Assembly: GCA_002269645.1 (NCBI GenBank)
Contig: NIVC01000956.1
Coordinates: 6,263 to 70,262 of the forward strand
Direction of reading: 5' to 3'
Length of the DNA stretch: 64,000 nucleotides
Origin: Macrostomum lignano
Taxonomy: Eukaryota
The first letter of the stretch is position 1. Each line of letters starts with the position of its first letter. This document shows positions 49,389 to 64,000 of the stretch, piece by piece. The notes below the pieces were generated by a model. It was not told where the DNA came from and did not search any database. It saw only the letters and a list, made by a program, of their open reading frames with translations. Made by a program: the position numbers and the translations under genes.

Positions 49389-49959
49389 TCGGTAAATTGT
49401 GTATAAAATGATGCCTTTAGGAAGCACTGCCGCTCCAGATTCCAGTTTGGGGATCTCCATGCTAACAGCCGAGTTAATAAGGATTGGAGCATTGAGGGAA
49501 GAGCTTTCGCAAAATGAGGGGCTGCCTATGCAGTAGTGACTGGGCAATGAAAAGCAGCCTTACAAAAGTAGTGCAGTTGGACAAAGGAAAAATCGAACGA
49601 AAAGGTGAAACGACCGAAAGAGGAGAAGCTGGAAAATGATGATGAGGAAGGCTGGCTTCAAGCTTCATCGAGCCCGCTAGACCGGGGCTCTATCGAGCGA
49701 GACAGCTGAGGCAGATGGCTCTGCAGGGTTTCAAGGCTAGAGAAAAAATGATGAGTAAACAGAGAAATTGAGTAGAACACAAAAGAATGCGCTTGGACAT
49801 CGATATGGGGGATATTTAATTCTCAAAGATGCTCAAAGATGCTCCCAGCGTGGTATTCTGAATTGGTTTGCACACTGCTTCAAGTGGGTGGCAGAACTCA
49901 GGGGGGTAGTTTCTGGTTAGAAGGGTCTCACAGATTCTCGGGAAGGTTCTCGAGGCGAC

Positions 49960-50370
49960 TCTCAAGAGGAGATTCCCAAGGGGAGACTCTCAAGCGGAGA
50001 CTCTCAAGGGAACATTCTCAAAGGGAGACTCTCAAGGAGAGATTCTCATGGGGAGACTCTCAAGGGGAGATTCGCATGGGGAGACTCTCATGGGGAGACT
50101 CTCAAGGGGAGATTCTCATGGGGAGACTCTCATGGGGAGACTCTCAAGGGGAGACTCTCAAGGGGAGACTCTCAAGGAGAGACTCTCAAGGGGAGACTCT
50201 CAAGGGGAGATTCTCATGGGGAGACTCTCATGGGGAGACTCTCAAGGGGAGACTCTTAAGGGGAGACTCTCAAGGGGAGACTCTCAAGGGGAGACTCTCA
50301 AGGAGAGACTCTCAAGGGGAGACTCTCAAGGGGAGATTCTCAAAGGGAAACTCTCAAGGGGAGATTCCCT
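49960..50370. repeat. 15-bp minisatellite (ggagactctcaaggg)
   Basis: Direct reading. Confidence 0.92.
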
Positions 50371-50769
50371 AAGGAGATTCGCAGGGTTCCTAGGGGGGAT
50401 TTCCAACGGTAGATTATCGGGAAGATAATAAGAAGGAATTCTCAGAGGAATCCTCAAGAGATTCTGAAGAAAATTTGTCGAGGTGTGATATCATAGGGAA
50501 GATTTTCATGGTGGAGATGTTCCAAAGAAGATTCTATTAAAAAAAAGTGCGTGTGCTAATCATAATAAAAGATCTGCCGTTGAAGTATTTTAATTTCCTC
50601 GAAATAAACTTTCTAGTAATCCTACTATTAGTAGCTAATAAACCCTCTGAGATCCAAGCGGTTGATGGGAGTTTTAGCATTGGCCAATGGCAGCCCGCGG
50701 TCGATTTCGATAGAAATATTCAGCCAGAGCTTCGGCTAGCAGAAAAATTGGCAGCATCAGCAACAGACA

Positions 50770-61345
<10,576 letters not shown>

Positions 61346-61890
61346 AATTTCCGAATTAATATACTTCATCAGGAACTACGACACTACGCGCAAAAAAAAT
61401 TTTCCTTGAAAGAATGAACGAGCAATAAATTATTCAATATATTTTGGACAAGTGTGTAGATTGTTTCAGCGTCATACTGGCATAAAGATCTTCCGCAAGG
61501 CTCTACTACAATAGAAACCAATAAAGTGGGTTGGCGGTAGCACCTTAGAAATTAATACTAGTAATAATATCACGCCAGCAAAAAGTACGAATCGGAATGG
61601 AATTCAGTTATAAAAAACGTTGTTGGCTGCTCGAATATAACTTTACAAGCCTCATAAAGATTCGATTTGCATATACTAGTTAGCTTAGTACTAAAGCTGC
61701 GCCTCTGGTGGCTGTTGGGATCGAATTTCGATTTTTGGCTGAATGAATTTTTTATGCCTGAATCGAGCCAAAATCGAATTAAAGCAGGCCACATCATGTC
61801 GTCCGCTTGCAAAAACAACTTTGTTAGTTTAGTTGATCATAAAATGGTGAATTGTCGTTTTCTGGCACAAATCGAAGACTGAAAGGGAGC

Positions 61891-62336
61891 TCAAGCAGAT
61901 ACGAACAGCTCGGTACGATCTCCTGATCGATTCTGTTTCTATCGCTGACAATGTCGGCAATTTCTTCCTGGCCGGACTCCCCAGAGCATTGTCCAGGTCC
62001 CGGATGATGTCATTCTCTTTGCGCCCTTGCGCATCTTCTTCAATAGAGTAGAAGCTTTTGAGCGGCTCCTGTGTAGTTTCACAACAATTATTGTTTTAAT
62101 AAGTATTGGCTACAAAATGTAGTTTAATCTGGAATCTGTGTTTTTATTATCTCGCTTTTTTACTCACGTACTCTGGCATCTTCAATTCCTCGTTTCGAAC
62201 CTTCTGACGGACGATCTCTACAGTGGGAATATTGAGCAGCATGTACAACTTCATGTCACCTTGCTTCACAGCTTTGCCAAGATTGAGTAGGCTTGTTTCT
62301 GTCAGCACGCGGGCTTCCTTTTGCTCTCCGGTTGTT
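61891..62336 (-). pseudogene. Death-domain-like gene, last two exons (62168-62336, ~61891-62068), broken by about five 1-nt deletions (assembly error or pseudogene)
   Basis: Exon A is open: TTGEQKEARVLTETSLLNLGKAVKQGDMKLYMLLNIPTVEIVRQKVRNEELKMPEY, ending |GTGAGT. Exon B after repair: GAAQKLLLYWKKMRKGAKENDIIRDLDNALGESGQEEIADIV, resembling death-domain helices 4-6 (..LL.W....L..AL...G..EIA..). Confidence 0.6.
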
Positions 62337-64000
62337 CTGAAAAAGAGAGTTTCAATTTTCAGACCTGTTGAAATACACAGGGCTACTTGATCTGTAAATC
62401 ATTTACATTCCAGGGATTCCACAATTCCACTAAGCAAAAATTACACTGCGCAACCAATTTTTGTCTCACAAGCCCTATGTGTAACCCCTCCAATGACGTA
62501 TGTGACCCAATCGGCCAATTCGACCCAACCCGGCCCGGTATAAAATGGTGATTACGACTCTGAAGGAATAGGCACTTCTTGCTTAAGTTTTGTAAGAAAT
62601 CATTAGACCTTAACCACTTGGTGCCCACTTCTTTAAATTAGTCATGGCCTGCATACTGGGTCATACAGTGGCCATTCTGGGCAGTTGCGTTAGTGACTGG
62701 GGATATGGTTTTTGATGCTATAGATATTTTTGAATCTCTGGGCTTTTGGGCCGTTTTGGTATGGCCTGCAGTGCAGCCCTTTGGCTTCCAAATGGTTAAA
62801 TAATCAAGTAATATAGATTCGATTTGTGGATAAAAAGACGTACTGTACCTGTTTGTGATTCCATTCTCGCTAGACAGGATGGAAATTGTATCAAGACTTA
62901 TGATGAACAAGTTTCAATTGTTTGAATAAGTTACAGTTAAAAAATTATTCAACTATTGCAAATTAAACTTTTAGAGTCGTCGTTGGTTGGTTAGAATCAA
63001 ACGATATAACAATTTCATTCTCATAAATTAAAGAAAAATAAAAACTATCGACAAAGCTAAGCGAAGCTTGAAGGAAAAGGCTGTTTTAATGCTAAATATA
63101 GTTCATATTTCATTCACGCAGTAATGCATTCGCTTTACTCAGCTGAGTCCCGCGTGACTAAAATTTTCAGAAGTTTAACTGATCGAACATTCTTATTTTT
63201 TTTGTCATCAGAATTTTTATTCAATTGTTTTTTTTCACAGTTGCATTTATCCCAACCAAACTTTATTTTACTATTTTGCCATAACCTAACTATTGCTATT
63301 GCCTATTACTTTGAACTTTTATACGCTTATAATACTGGCGGAGGCTTGAAAAGTACAAGGAGAGCCATAGGCATATATTAATTGTAGCTTAGATATCTAG
63401 GTGTTTCCTGAAAATATCACGTTATATCCAGGTTTTCATTTTGGGGTGCCAAAGTCTTACTGGGGTGATTGTGTATCCAGAGGTGTTCATGTATTCAGTC
63501 CATGTATTTTAGGGACTGGTAGGGTTTTAGGGGACTGTGTAGCCTTTTTGGCTGACAGATGGAGGGTAAATTTTACTAGGGGTTTTACTGCCCCATGGGG
63601 TGTCAGATATCAGAGGCAAGTATAATGAAATATGCAATTGCAAGTAAATATATTGATTATTCTTATTGGTGTTATCTTGGAAAAATATAGGCAATACTGA
63701 TAGATTAAATTCTATCAAGCTATTTAATTTATTAAAATAATGTGTATGAATAGTATAAGTATAGTATTCTATAGACTATAGAGTATCATATGTCTATGTA
63801 TTGTTTATAGTGTTTTGCTAATGCCTGTTATGCCTATTTTTTAATTAGCTGAATATTTAAAATAATTAAGTTTTAATACAATTGGCAATTCCATATAATT
63901 ATGGTCGTACATGACAGGCTATTTTTACTCTATAAATGAAATCTAATATAGAATACACTAAACCATATTTTAAATGAAAGATTTTTTGTAGAATATTTTT

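Overview
Eukaryotic (metazoan) genomic DNA with GT-AG spliceosomal introns. Roughly half of the window is tandem repeat: about 40 micro/minisatellite arrays, and nearly every sizeable intron is filled by its own array. The style suggests a free-living flatworm such as Macrostomum lignano (inference only; a BLAST would test this). Most ORFs in the supplied track are artefacts of stop-free repeats. The genes were rebuilt by hand from splice sites and exon phases. (1) The 5' half of androglobin (ADGB; calpain-like region) on the minus strand, 17 exons from 23050 running off the left edge, with three apparent 1-nt homopolymer deletions. (2) A two-exon type I membrane protein with a divergent CUB-like plus LDLa-like ectodomain (42549-44430, +). 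(3) A complete five-exon Cys-loop nicotinic acetylcholine receptor alpha-type subunit with a degenerate aromatic binding box (50770-61345, +). (4) The frameshift-hidden 3' end of a death-domain-like gene (61891-62336, -), absent from the ORF track. Structural highlights: three pairs of inverted satellite arrays (GATA/TATC around a frame-preserving 7-exon ADGB cassette; a 41-bp satellite bracketing 12.5 kb that includes the CUB-LDLa gene; an in-register 26-bp fold-back palindrome in a receptor intron), a 200-bp higher-order repeat, a G-quadruplex-motif array, and a dispersed 140-bp hairpin element. Comparisons with human/C. elegans proteins are from memory, not from alignments run here.
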